Assembly (NCBI GenBank): GCA_012295275.1
Contig: CM022665.1
Span: forward strand, 16,678,001 to 16,742,000
Source of the DNA: Chrysomallon squamiferum
Taxonomy: Eukaryota > Animalia > Mollusca
Reading direction: 5' to 3'
DNA length: 64,000 nucleotides
A program made the position numbers and the translations under genes. Of the stretch, positions 1 to 13,304 are shown in pieces. The notes beneath the pieces are model-generated. The model saw only the letters and a list, made by a program, of their open reading frames with translations. It had not been told where the DNA came from and did no database searches. Within the stretch, counting starts at the first letter, position 1, and the number at the start of each line of letters is the position of its first letter.

Positions 1-1993
1 AGATGTACTGGCCTGGAGAAAAAAAAATAAAGTATAAAAATTGATATATATATATTAGGTACCAGCTGCCTAGCTGATATAATTGGTCAAAGCTGTTAAA
101 GGTTCAGATTTTGTCCTGTTTTTTCCACTCCCAAATCCCTTCTATAAATCCTACCATAAAAAACAAATACATGTAACTAAAGATCTTTATGTGTTCTTTT
201 AAATGGTGTTGTTGTTCTTGTTGTGAGTTAAACCAGTTCTTTGTATGAGAATGTTAAACGTGGTGGGGTAAATGCTTTTCGGCACCCATGGTCAGCAATG
301 AACAGAGTAGAGTAAAAAGTCCTAAAATAGGGTCACTCTACAAATGCCTGGCTTGTTTTTGCCAAATTGGCTTCAATGTTATTTTTAGCACTGATAGGAT
401 GGTCAAAGTTCAATCTTTCTAACAGTGTGCATGACGTTGCTGGCAATGGCTTATATCAAAAGTTGCGTCCAAAAACGTACTTTTTCGTGCCTTCAAACCT
501 ATTTTGAAAACAACTGGCTGAAAATAAAACCTATGTTCACGGGATCAAATGAAAGATCATTCAATTACCTTTCAAACATTGTGTGACACTATGGTGTGTC
601 TTCTTTGGCGAAAAGAAGCTCCGTGTTTGAAAGTAGCACGTGCTTAGAGAAATTGCCATTACGTTATGTTTTTTACAGAACGAAATCGCCGTAGATTTTA
701 TGTACAGCTAGAAATGATTATATTTATATGTTATTTATATTTTTAATAACTTGTTGGCTGTTTGTTTTTATTCAATGTTCCTACTTTTAGCGTATACATT
801 ACAGCATGTGCATAGCGAAATCGTGTTCTGAAATAAACAAATTATTTTGCTTTCAAAATTCTTGCGATAAACATCGAATTCAGAATCATAAACGTAACAA
901 ACACTACAACATAATAGAACAATGTATTCAGAGGTATTGATGGAATGCTGAATAAAAAATCTAATCACTTTTTTTAAAATATAAAATCATAAATTGATCA
1001 GTTTTAAAACATTATTTTTGTTGTTGATAATCTCTATCAGAGAAAATTTCAACAATGGTCAGATGATAGGTAACTTGTGTTTGCTGTCTAATCACAGTAA
1101 GTACAAAGCTAAGAAAATTATTTTATGTTTGCTTCAAATGACAGACTTATAACACCTGTGTCTTTAATTGCCTCTAGTTTCATGATTACATACATTTTAT
1201 TGTCCCTGATTAATACCTGCAACACCTTTCTGGAGTTGACTCCAAGGATTAGCTGAGTTTATGTATTGCAAAGGATTATGGTTAAACATCAAATGCTTGT
1301 AGACCTTTTAAGAAACATTTATATATATATATATATATATATATGATATATACACATCACAGTATTTTAACTTATTACTACCAATTATTTAACAGAGTGA
1401 CAACTGAAGCTGCTTATGTAAATAAAGTTGTGCTGTTCTATATAAATTGAAAAGGTAATTTTTTTTTTTGTATTATCAATGTTAGACTGAAGTATGTCAT
1501 TTGAAAGATCTTAATAAATTTTTCATTACACAGGTTGAATTTGTCAAATAAGACAAAAACTGAATCAACAGTATCTATTTGAACTTTAAGTCATTCTGCC
1601 GTGTGTCATTTTGAAGATTTAGGCATGTTTAGCATGTTATTGTGAACACACATACAAACATGCAGGTCTGACAAAAATTGAGCTCATTTAGCAAGTTGGT
1701 ACCATCACTCTTGTTGATTTTCAGTATTTTGTGTTAATTACTTTTCAAACTACAGTTGGCCAAAGTAGCCCTTTCTGCTAATTAGCTAAAAGAGGGCTAA
1801 AAAACAACCAAATACCTGTCTTACTGATTTGCATATATCTTCTTAACCGCTGGAGATAGAATCATAATTTTTTCTGTGTTTTCATTGTTTTTGTTAAAGT
1901 CAGAAAAAATTTACCTGACAGTACCTATATATATATATCTAAATATACTAGCTTGATTTATTACATTTTTGAACTGTGTATGTATGTGTGTTT

Positions 1994-2025
<32 letters not shown>

Positions 2026-5000
2026 AGTGAATGAATGTTTAATGACACCCCAGCACAAAAAAAAAATACACACATATATATATATAAATAATTTTTTTTT
2101 TTTTCAAAAGTTAATTAAACACAGTGTAAAGAGTTGTGCAAAAAAACAGTTGAATTAAATTAAAATGGATAGTCAAATTCTGTAACTTTCAAAAAGTTTA
2201 AAACAAATTCAGGTTGTGTGTGTATGTGTGAACATATACATATATGTGTGTATGTGTGTGTAAAAATATATATATATATATTTATCTATTCATATGCAGG
2301 TGATTCTTTCCTCTCATTTAATTATTGTTAAGAAAAAATAATTATGACTGACACCCATTAACCATTAATAGTATCGCATAATAAACATTCACTGTAGGGT
2401 ACTCTGACTACCTGTTGTCATGTTTCTATCTCCCCTGTATGTGACAAGCAGCTGGCCATCATCAGAATATTCGACAGCCTTGCTAACCCTCGCCAGAGGA
2501 GGATTCCGGTTTGGCTGATGTTCACACACACCAGGCTGAGATTTGTCTGTGTAGCTGTCACAGCTTGGTGACCTGACAGGTCCACAGATATTTATCTGCA
2601 AATAACATATGAACAAAATGAAATATTTAAACAAAAAATAAGTCCAAAGTAAGAAAATAAAAATGGATTAACTGTTAGAAGATAAAATGAGGATCGTAAT
2701 GCAAGAACCCAATTTGTTTTCAAAAATGGCAGCTACATGAATTTCGAAGACTTTATCAAAAGCATTTTAACAGAAGCCAAATTAAACAGCCTGCAAAAAG
2801 TATAGGCAATACTGTCACTTGTTTTTAACAGCGAGAACCTTACCCTGAGAACTCTCTTGTCAGAGGTGACAACTTTGTAGAAATCTTTTTTCTTCAGTGG
2901 CATCAGGTTGAATATAAAATCTGAATTTGGATCCTTGATGGAACAGGATGCAGAACTATTCTGGATATCATCAATTGGACAGGCAGCCTCCGTTTCCCAA
3001 ATAAAAGAATATTCACAGTCGTTGATCTTTTGTGGTGGCATGGGTCCACTTGACTGAAATATTAAGTAATGTTTTTATCATGTTTGAAAATGATGGTTTT
3101 AAAAAATATGAATGACGGAAATTAAAACAAATAACACGCGGAAACAAAATGTTAATAGCTAAAATCACTAACTCACACTAACACTCTCTCTCTTGCTCTC
3201 TCTCTTGCTCTCTCAAAATACATACAAAACAAATGTATAAACTCTTCTATCTATATTCAGACATAACAAGTCATACCTCTTCATAATTATACAGAAACAC
3301 AAACACATAAATAAAAGAGGTAGGTTTTTCAATTTGCTATTTTGTTTTAAGTAAAAAAATTACAAAATATGTAATTATGTGTATAAATATATCATACCAC
3401 TTTTCCTTTAGAACAAGTAAAATGGATAGTAGTTTTTATTTTTGATGCTTTTCCATTGATGTTAGTACAGTTTTCACCATTACTGTACTCCAACATCAGC
3501 TGACCAGGCTTGTTGCCATCGGCAACAGGGCCAGATAACACCTGTCCAAGATTATCATGTACAAGTACTTCCTGAAGATTTAATGAAAAATTAATTACAT
3601 TTGTGATATTGTTGTCACATTTTGCTTTTAATATAATGAAAAAGTACAATTAAAATATCTTAATCCAACATATAATTTCAAAGACATTAAAATATTTCAG
3701 AAGTAAATAATAAAATCAAATGTTTAAAATTAATTAATAATAAAATAACAACCACAATAGCTTGGCATCTTACTGGCTAAGTTCTTTACATATTTATTCT
3801 TATGTATCCACGGAATCTCAGCCTTTATTATTAACAAATGTAAATTTCAGCTGAAACAATTACTTTCAATGATACAGATTTATTAGCACTGCCTAATCTA
3901 AAACTTTCTGTACAATATTTTCTTTTACAATAAAGCATATTTATTTTAAACCTTAATAGTAAAAAGTAAACAGACCTTTCCATTTTGGAATTTAGTTTCA
4001 CACACTGCAGCAGACGGATCACAAACGATGGTGTGTTGCGACGCCAAGTGTATGTAACTGAGAGACCGACAGACACTGATATAAAACTTGTGTTTTTCAG
4101 ATGGATTAGAATCATCAATGACTTCCCAGTTTTCTTGACTCTCAATCAAAGACAGGCTGGTGAAGAATTTCAGTTGGATGCAAGATACATTTTTGTCATA
4201 AGTACATATTTTGAGAGAAAGAAAGAGAAAGAGAGAGAGAATCAGTGTATGAGAAAGTCATGAAAGAGAGAAAAAGTGAGACAGAAGAAAGAGATTGAGT
4301 TAGTGAATGAGTAAGAGTGAGAGATTGTAAGAGAGATAAGAATGATAGAGTGAGAGAAGGAGAAAAAGCATGTGTGTGATACAGAGAGAAGTATAATGTG
4401 AGTGTGTAATGTTGCATAAGTTTTAGCTTTATAATTATCCACAGTAAGAAATTTACAAACAAAGTCATAAAAATGATTCTCTTATTTTTTAAACTATCGA
4501 GTCTTTTAAATATTAAACAAAAAGGTTTTTAAAAAGTAGATTAGTCTACTCACCGAGACAGATCATACTGCTTGTTGTTGACTTTGTCTATAAACACGCA
4601 TTCTACTGGCTGTTGTGGACACACATAACCTGTGTACCACTTAAACATGTACACATGATTTTTCTCCTCAATCAGCTGCGGGTGACCAGCACCTTTTCTT
4701 AGGTCACAGAGAAAAACAATTTCTGTCTGTCTCTCTGTGTGATATTCATCATTGTACTTGTCACCATGTTTGTATGTCAGTCTAATCTCACCATTGTAGT
4801 ACTGCAGGATGCCATTTGGTCTCCCAGTGCTGAACACATCACTGGATAAATAAAAATAAATACACTAGTGACCAATTCACACAGGTTAAAATTCAGATCT
4901 AACAGATCTGTGTGACAATACAAATAAACACAAAATCGAAATGTGTTGTATATTAATATATATATTTTCTTGTGCTTGTTACTTTAAAAATCTAACTTTT

Positions 5001-8000
5001 TAAAATTAAAACAGAATTTGTAGGTATATATTTTGAAACTCGGTTATAATAACCATTAGATATCCATGATCAATTCACATTCAAACATGTGCTCATTATA
5101 TATATATATATATACACACAGGCATACACACACATGTATGTATATACGTATATGTGCATGTGTGTTGTGTGTGTGTGTTTATGTTTGTGTATGTACACAC
5201 ACACACAAATACATCAATTTCTGTTGTATACATGTGTAGGTATGCTGCATTAATTAATATCAAAACACACCTGTCTCTTCCATTCTTTTTCACCTGACAA
5301 GAAGCTGTGGGTACATGGCCATTGTCACACCTGGTCTTAGTGACCTGTCCACACACATTCAGAAAGTAGTCGTATGTAGCATTCTGGTCATGTACTGTGT
5401 AATATTCACCTGCATTCTTTGTCAGTCGAGACAGGTCAAACTGATACCCTAGTTAAAAACATACAATCACAGTCTGCTAGAACCTCTAGATGTTTACATG
5501 TCAATAATTAGTTTATGAATATTTTATATTTTCTGTGTGTATGTATGTATGTATGTATGTATGTGTGTGTGTGTGTGTGTGTTAAAAGAAATATGCGTAA
5601 TTCCTGAAAATTTCAGAAAATATGCATAAATTTTGATTCACTCAAGTAGATCATCCTCTGACTGCAACTGATGGCGAATTTCATAAAGGAGGTTAGATGA
5701 TAACAGGCCAGTGAATAAGCAGAACCCAAGTGTGACAAATGGGGAACATTTAATTTCGTGGAAAAAGTGTAGTTTTCAAACTGAACACATTTGACTCCTG
5801 AAGTCCATTCAGTTATATTATTATCTCTTAACCAACAAACAAGCATGCACTTAATGTCACAGTTTGCTCTTTCTACAGACACCTGCCTCTGTGGATGCCG
5901 GGCTTTCCCAGAGTCTATCATCAACTGGCCACATTACATTCAGTTCAGTGATTACACATATTTTCTGACATTTTCAGAAATTATACCAATTTCCTGATAA
6001 TAAACATTTCTTGTGACATATATATATATATATATATATACACATATTCTTGAAGCTATGTAAGTTACATTTGAATACGTATTATACCTGCTTCATCATC
6101 AGAGACTCTACAGTCACTTCCATTTTTCTGTGACTGTACGCAGGCTGCTGCAGTGTACCACTCAAACTCATACATGCAGTTATCATTTGTCTTCTGTACC
6201 AGTACTGGTCCACTCTCCAAGTCACCTGTCAAATACAACCACCTCAAAATGACACCACAATTCTTACATGTCGATGTAATTCACAACAAACATTCACATA
6301 CACATATATCGTTTCTTTATAGTTTTAATTATTTCAACTAATTTTAATTTCATTCTTTTCATAAGAAGAAATTAACTTTACTAAATAATTACTGTTTGTA
6401 TATTGTTAGTCACATTGTTTGCATAATTATAAGTGTGTTTTCCAGATATTTGAAAAATCAGAGACAATGTAATATTCCTCGTGTTTTATTATTAGCAAAG
6501 ACATCTTCACAAACTGAGGACAAAAATGTCATTAAGTTTTCACAGTGTTTAGCCTAATATTTGCATATACTGATGGATGGATGGATGGATGGATTAAAGT
6601 TAATTACCTGGCCTGCAAATGAAGTTGATGACAGAGGAAGTTTTTCCCTTTCCACAAGCAACGCCACCAGTGTACTTCAATTTTAGGTTTTGAGACTTGG
6701 TGTCATAAGTCAGTTTTTCAGAAAATGTTCCAATATTGTTAACTCCTTTTTCATCTGTTTAAACAGAACAGTAATAATTAAATTAAAGTTGATTTATTTA
6801 ACGTAATTTAGTTTCCTTTTGTTTCTGGAGGTTTTTTCGCAGTTTATCTTTTTATTATTGTTATTCAAAGGTGACTAAACATTTTAAAATATTAAAAAAT
6901 CAAATACATGAATTTTTTTTCATTCTTAAAAAACAGCATATATAAAAATTATGAAACAAAATATATACATAGAGAAGCAAAAAAAATAATAATAATAATA
7001 ATAATTTAATATTATAAATAAAATATCTTTATTTTTTACTGTTTCTTTTTCTTTTTTTTTTATTAAATTTATTTACTTATTTCTTTTCAAATTTTATTTA
7101 TTTATTTATATATTTTGAATATTTTATTTTTTTACTTTTTCATGGCCTTATACCGTCATATCATTTCTCTGAGGTCTCTGCATTGTAAAATATGAATGAA
7201 AGTGTTCTAAACAGAAAATATCAATAAATTTACCTTTAACACAAATGGCACTGTTGGCAGGGCAACCAGACGCATCTCCAGTTTTCAGTACATCGTGACA
7301 AACATTGATAAAGTACTGTTTCTTTTCATCTTGACGAGTGCCATCTAGAGCAACCCAGTTGGAACCTTAAAAATAAAAATATGTCTTCTTCAGCATCCAG
7401 ATTAAACACAGCCCTACTGCAAAGTACTTGCCTAAGCAGAGTCATTCTAGGAAAAGTAACTTCAAGTGGTATATTTTACAAACATTCCACAAAATTTGGA
7501 CAAAATAACCCAATTACTAAAAGCAGTTTTTACACGTTTGTTTTCTTCTTTTTGTTTTTCTTCAAAAAATGTTTTTCAAACTGGTTATGAATTATCTTTA
7601 AAAAAGATTATTTTAAAAATATTTTACCACTTTTCCTCACTAAAGTAGAGAGGTCATAGCGATGACCCTTATGATCAACTTGACAAAGGTCATCAACTGA
7701 ATGCTCTACACAAGCATACTTGGTCTGCCACTCAAAGAAGTAAGTACAGTTCTCTTGTCCTGAGAACACTGGTTTTCCTTTTCCATCATCTTCTATAAGG
7801 AAAGAAATATATTTTTAAAACAATTCTATGTAACTGTGTGTTACTGGGTGTGAGGTAGTGAGAGAGGGTAAGACTGAGAGAGAAAATTGTTAACAGTTAC
7901 TCCTTTTTTATCTCTTTATACAGAACAGTAATAAGGGAGGGAGACTGACAGGCAGAAAGAGACAGAAAGTGAGATTGAGAGAAAGAGCAAGTGAGTAAAT

Positions 8001-10512
8001 GAGTGAGAAAGAGAGAGCGAGAGAGAGACAAAGAGAGAGATTGTGACAATGTGTTAAGCATTATCAAACAGACTTTTGCACAAAATTTAGAGTGAAAATA
8101 TAAAATAAAAATAATAATTATATATATATACAGGGTGGCCCAAAAGTAGGTTTACAGTGAAATAAAAACAAATCATAAAATGAAAAGTTAGGTTTACAAA
8201 AATGAAATAAATTGCAAGCAGCAAGGAAAAAGTGTAAATTCAAGTTAGATCCGAGGAATATTTTATGTTCATTGTACTTAGCAAGTAACTTCAAGCATAT
8301 AAACAATAGTTTAATAACTGTAATCTACTTTTGGGCCACCCTGTATATAAATATAAATATATATGTATTTTAGAACACAGATAACAAAAAAAAAAGGTTG
8401 GTAAACAGGATTAAAACATGATCAATATAAATTCAGTTAAGTACCTGCAGATTTGTTACACTTGAACAGAATGATGGTTTCTCTGTGGAAATGTGTGTGG
8501 CATGTATCACCATTTCTGTATGTCAGAGTGAGATCTCCATCAGAGTATCTGCAAAATATTTTTTATTATTAATAGTTTAACATTAACTTCAAAACAGTTG
8601 TAAGATGCTGACATGGCTGAATCCATCATATATACATTTTTCTTGATACAGTACATATATACTAAAGCCTTTGATAAATTAGATGGGGAGAATGGGTTTG
8701 CTGTCATGCACTGGGGAAGTACTGAACCACTGAATTACTAGCAGTGTACTATCAATGAAATCATTTTTAATATTTACTAACAATGTAAAAATGTGCAATA
8801 TTTACTAACAAAGGATAATTAATATAATAATTTTCAATATCTAATAACAGTGTGTTTATACTGATAATGTCTGTGTAATATTTTTCGTAGGTATTAACAA
8901 CATGTTATTACTGTAATAATTTTGAACCATTCACCTAAGCAGCATGTCATCTTTCGTTCCTAGCTGTCTGGCAAATGATGAGTCTTCAGTTTTTAACTGG
9001 CAAACCGAGGCATGTGCTTTCTTTGAACACGGAATAGTCAACTCCTGACAAACACGGATATAATATACATAGTGATCATTTCCATCAGTGACCGACACCG
9101 TATATGCTGCAAAAAATAAAGTGATGAGTTTGATAAAAATCTACTACTACTTAAATGTCAGCCAATAAAATCACTGTGAGAATCTGGAACAGTGTTTTTT
9201 TATTTGGGGGGGGGTTCCTCTATTCATAATTACAATTAAATTTTTTTTAAATCAATCAATCAAATTAACAATACAGACAAATAATTAACTTATTTGGTAA
9301 AAGAAGAAAAGTAAGTTTTATTGTTGTGAGTTTTGTATTTTGAGACAAAACTGACCAAAATGCTAACATCATAATGAATTAATATGTGAAGGAGTTTTTA
9401 ACGACAACCTGATATATAATTTAAATGAAAGGTAACAGTTGTTATTTTTATGATGAAGATACATGAGAAAAAACCTGCTACTACCATTCACTGGGCTATG
9501 CTGATGTGTCAACAGCAAGAATTCCTTTCCGAAGCACCTTTGTATAATCAAGAAAATACAAATAAGGAGACAGACAATTAAATCTCACCAGTTTTGCTGG
9601 TCAAAGGTGAAAGGTCAATGTCAATGTTGTGTTCTTCGTTATTGAGTTGGCACGTCTTGCTGGAGAGGATGCTGATGTCACATGCATACTCAGTGTACCA
9701 CTCCACTGTGTACTGACAGTTGTGATCATCCAGTAAAAGTGGATCCTTGCTCTGAAAGATGATTTATTTCATTAAACTTTAATTACACTAACAAACATTA
9801 ACAACTTCCTCATTTCAAATTGTAAAATAACATCTATACATGCATCCAGTTTGTGCATACTTAAGCTCCCATTAAGATTTATTGCAATCTTTAATCTCTA
9901 ACAAGGTTAAATAAATAACAACTACAATCACCAAAGTGTAACAACAGCTGTTAAACCATTTAAACAGGATATCTAGTTTAGTTTCTCAGTACCAAAAAAA
10001 TACTCACCCCACCACGCTCTGGACAGATAAAGGTAATAGTTGTGGTGGGATTGTCTAAACAGGTATCTGGTTTTGATGATGTTGTATACTGTATCATTAG
10101 GTTTCCATCTGTGGTCACCTGCAAGTGTCCAGCCAGCTGACCCATGTCCTGAGCTTTTCCGTTGATCACTCTGCACGCAGCAGAGTTTGCTGGACATTTA
10201 CTGAGAGAACTGGCAGTACCTGGGAAAAATAGAAAAGGGTGACTGATGTCCAAGAAATGCAAAGTAGCATCTCTACTGGCAACCTTTTCAATTCTAAACA
10301 TCCTTCAGCAATTAAACATGTATCATGTGGTCACTTTAACCAAACAGGACTGAAAACAGGACAGATAATGAAACTATCAGACATTTACTTTTACTTTCTC
10401 CCACTCTGTGTTTCACATACACACACACACCTACATGGGACACAGACACAGAAATAAAGACACAAACATATATACATGTACACACATGTACATATCCAAA
10501 TATATAAAAGCA

Positions 10513-10550
<38 letters not shown>

Positions 10551-12484
10551 CATACACATATCCCTACACATGTATGCAATTAAACATACATAAAGAAAGA
10601 CAACAATAACAGCCACACAAAAAAATATATAATTAAATTCAACTATTCTTCACTGTCTTAAATGAATTTGAAAACTCACATACCACTGATATCCCTGCAC
10701 ACATTAATGTAAAACTCTCTGTCATTGGATGAATCAACTAAATATCCACCAATTGGTTTTATCAGAGGAGATAAGTCATACTTGATCCCTTTCAGATACA
10801 TGTAACATGGAACTTCATTAATTTCTTTCAAATCTGTACAAAATGCAATCGATTCCCACTGAAAAAACACAGCACATCCCATCGATCCTAAGTATTCTGG
10901 AGAACCCTGTGAAAACAGAATATTTAAGTAATGTTTCAGTGTATTAGCAGATAATTTGGTTAATGCTGATAATGTATTTTATTTCACATTATAATATTCA
11001 TGTTATTAAAATAAAGTAATATTCAGCTTCCTAACATCATTTTTATATGTAAGATGACAAATATTAAAAACTTTATAGTTGGCATACTGTAACAATTATT
11101 TAAAACTTCACACTATGTATAGTTTAACAAATATTAAAATCTTTATACCAGGCATACTCATACTGTAACAAATATTTCAAACTTCATACCTCGTGTACTC
11201 AAACAAATATTTGAAACCTCACACTATGTATACTGTAATAAATATTTAAAACTTCATAGCAGGTATACTGTAACAAACATTTAAAACTTCTTATCAGGAA
11301 TACTCTAATATTTAAAATTTCAAACCAGGTGTTTCCCACATCGGAAGTGAATCATTGCTGAATAGAACTCTGTAGGAGATTGTAAACAGGAACTACCATG
11401 ATAAATCACAGTCAATTCAGATTCAGATGAATTTGTCCTGGTATCCAAGTTTTCTGTCTGGTTGCCAACGGAAATATGGGAATCATTATGATGGTTTATC
11501 CTACATATGGCAGTATTTTGTGGACATTTATTATCATTGTTGTTTATTGAACACAGATAAATTTTAAAAGTGAAGTTTCCATCGTCTGATCCAATTACCC
11601 ACGGATTAAAACTGAAATACAGATAATTAAAGAGTGAATGATTCTGTTGTTTGTTTGCTGTTGTGTTTTCATGTTTATATGTGTTTGTGTAAGTATATGT
11701 GCAACTATATTTATATATACTTCATTATTAATTAATACTGGTAAGAAAAATACATGAGAGTAACTTGGAATTTACAAATATATATTAAACCTTGTTATGT
11801 CCAAACTATATTAACTAGCAAAGTTCTTAGTTATTGATATTTTGCAATTTAGAAGGAGAATAACGTAACTACATTAGAAACCATCTGCTGCACAGCATTT
11901 TATGTGTATATGTGTGTGTGTGTGTGTGTCTTGGCCTCTAATAAACCACTTATACAGCACATAAAGAAATGGAAACACACAAATATTTGGCAAGAGGAGG
12001 ACTGATCCTGAAACCAATCACATTTCAAGTTAACAGTCTACAGGCTTTTATATTTTAATTTTAATTACCGTTATACGTGTACGTGATTTTTAAGCGGTTC
12101 TTATTTATTACTACTTTTTTAATGTTCATTTAAGAATGAGTTGTCAGGCAAAATAATTTTTAATGTATTAAATAAATAAATATACAAATAAATAAATAAC
12201 TTATTTTGACTGCCAAAATAATTTTACAAAATAAGGAAGTGAAAATCATGTGATTAAGATTATCATTATGTCTGCGACTGTTGATGTTTTTTTATTTAAA
12301 AAGTTATTCGATTTATTTAAAGCAAAACTTACGCAGACAGTTGTGTCACATTATATCCATCAATAATGCAGTCAGCACAATAAAAGCAATCGGTGTTATT
12401 AAGCACAATGAAAATAAATAAATAAATTTTAACAAAATTATATCTTTCCTTCGATTGAACACCGTGCAACTTAGCAGTCGCCAT
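1..12484 (-). CDS. IGF2R: Cation-independent mannose-6-phosphate receptor / IGF2 receptor, 5' part (signal peptide plus MRH domains 1 to ~7); continues beyond the left edge
   Basis: Phase-consistent GT-AG exons: 12333-12484 (ATG, MATAKLHG..., hydrophobic signal), 11326-11611, 10684-10906, 10008-10219, 9589-9751, 8935-9106, 8445-8548, 7628-7792, 7234-7365, 6608-6754, 6088-6225, 5271-5448, 4554-4841, 3976-4156, 3398-3571, 2844-3053, 2412-2595, <1-12. Repeated CIMR motifs (YDLSPL, FYINVC, CxYxFEWxTxxAC). Segments such as CQYTVEWYTEYAC, RYSDGDLTLTY, DLESGPVL and CSIKDPNSDFIFNL closely resemble vertebrate IGF2R in the same domain order. Confidence 0.95.
5598..5983. mobile_element. Degenerate non-autonomous DNA element (MITE-like) in an IGF2R intron
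   Basis: Imperfect ~32-bp inverted repeats: TAATTCCTGAAAATTTCAGAAAATATGCATAA (5598-5629) and TTACACATATTTTCTGACATTTTCAGAAATTA (5952-5983), enclosing a more GC-rich interior. No clear TSD. Confidence 0.45.
8131..8343. mobile_element. Tc1/mariner-type MITE (213 bp)
   Basis: Terminal inverted repeats CAGGGTGGCCCAAAAGTAGGTTTACAG / CTGTAATCTACTTTTGGGCCACCCTG, flanked by TA on both sides; no coding capacity. Confidence 0.85.
11055..11330. repeat. Degenerate ~34-bp minisatellite abutting the IGF2R exon 2 donor
   Basis: About 8 copies of a unit like AACAAATATTTAAAACTTCATA(n)ATACTGT. Confidence 0.75.
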
Positions 12485-12839
12485 TTTGTCATAACGCTAT
12501 GCGCAGCTACGTATTTGAGCACAGACACTATTAGTCACATGATTGTCACGGGACTTTGAAACCATATTCAAAAGACCGGGTTTATACAAAGATTGTAATG
12601 AAAACAGTTATTTTTATAAATGATTATATTATTACAGAATCAGACGAATAAATACATTAATTAATTTAATTAAATTTGTAAAGTTTAAAATAATACTGTT
12701 TTTTTTCTTCAAATTAAAATCTGTAGCGAACTTACGGGTTACGATGTCATGATAAACATTTTATTTGATAATTATCATCATGACTATATGACTATTATTA
12801 TCATTATATTATTTTGCCGTTATTCATTTAGTTTTAACA

Positions 12840-12890
<51 letters not shown>

Positions 12891-13238
12891 TATTGAATTC
12901 TTCCTCTTCAGAAAATTAACCATTTTTATTTTACATTGTTTGTTTGTTTAAAGAATAAAAATACTGCGAACGACTTGGTTGGAAAATGTCTAAACCATAT
13001 ACATGTTTTTTAAAATGTTTACGGATTTTATCATAATATACGTTGTAAAATCCTTTCTTATTGGTCATATATGATGTATCAAATTATATATATGAGATAT
13101 ATTTTCACAAGCTGTTCACGATATTTTAAAGTAATTATATCTGTTATTATATGTATGCTATTTATCTATTTTCGTAAACTGAAGAATTTAATTACAAATT
13201 AGTCCCCATCTATATATGTACTTTAACATTTTCTGTTT

Positions 13239-13304
<66 letters not shown>

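Noticed and set aside
250-1000. CpG-richer intronic block and ORF 768-968
   Set aside because: Probably a decayed repeat. No TIRs, protein motif or phase-compatible exon was found.
1910-1924. 14-nt minus-strand match to miR-8 (TACTGTCAGGTAAA), also resembling a 10-nt micro-exon
   Set aside because: The seed is incomplete and there is no hairpin partner; a 10-nt exon would break the IGF2R frame.
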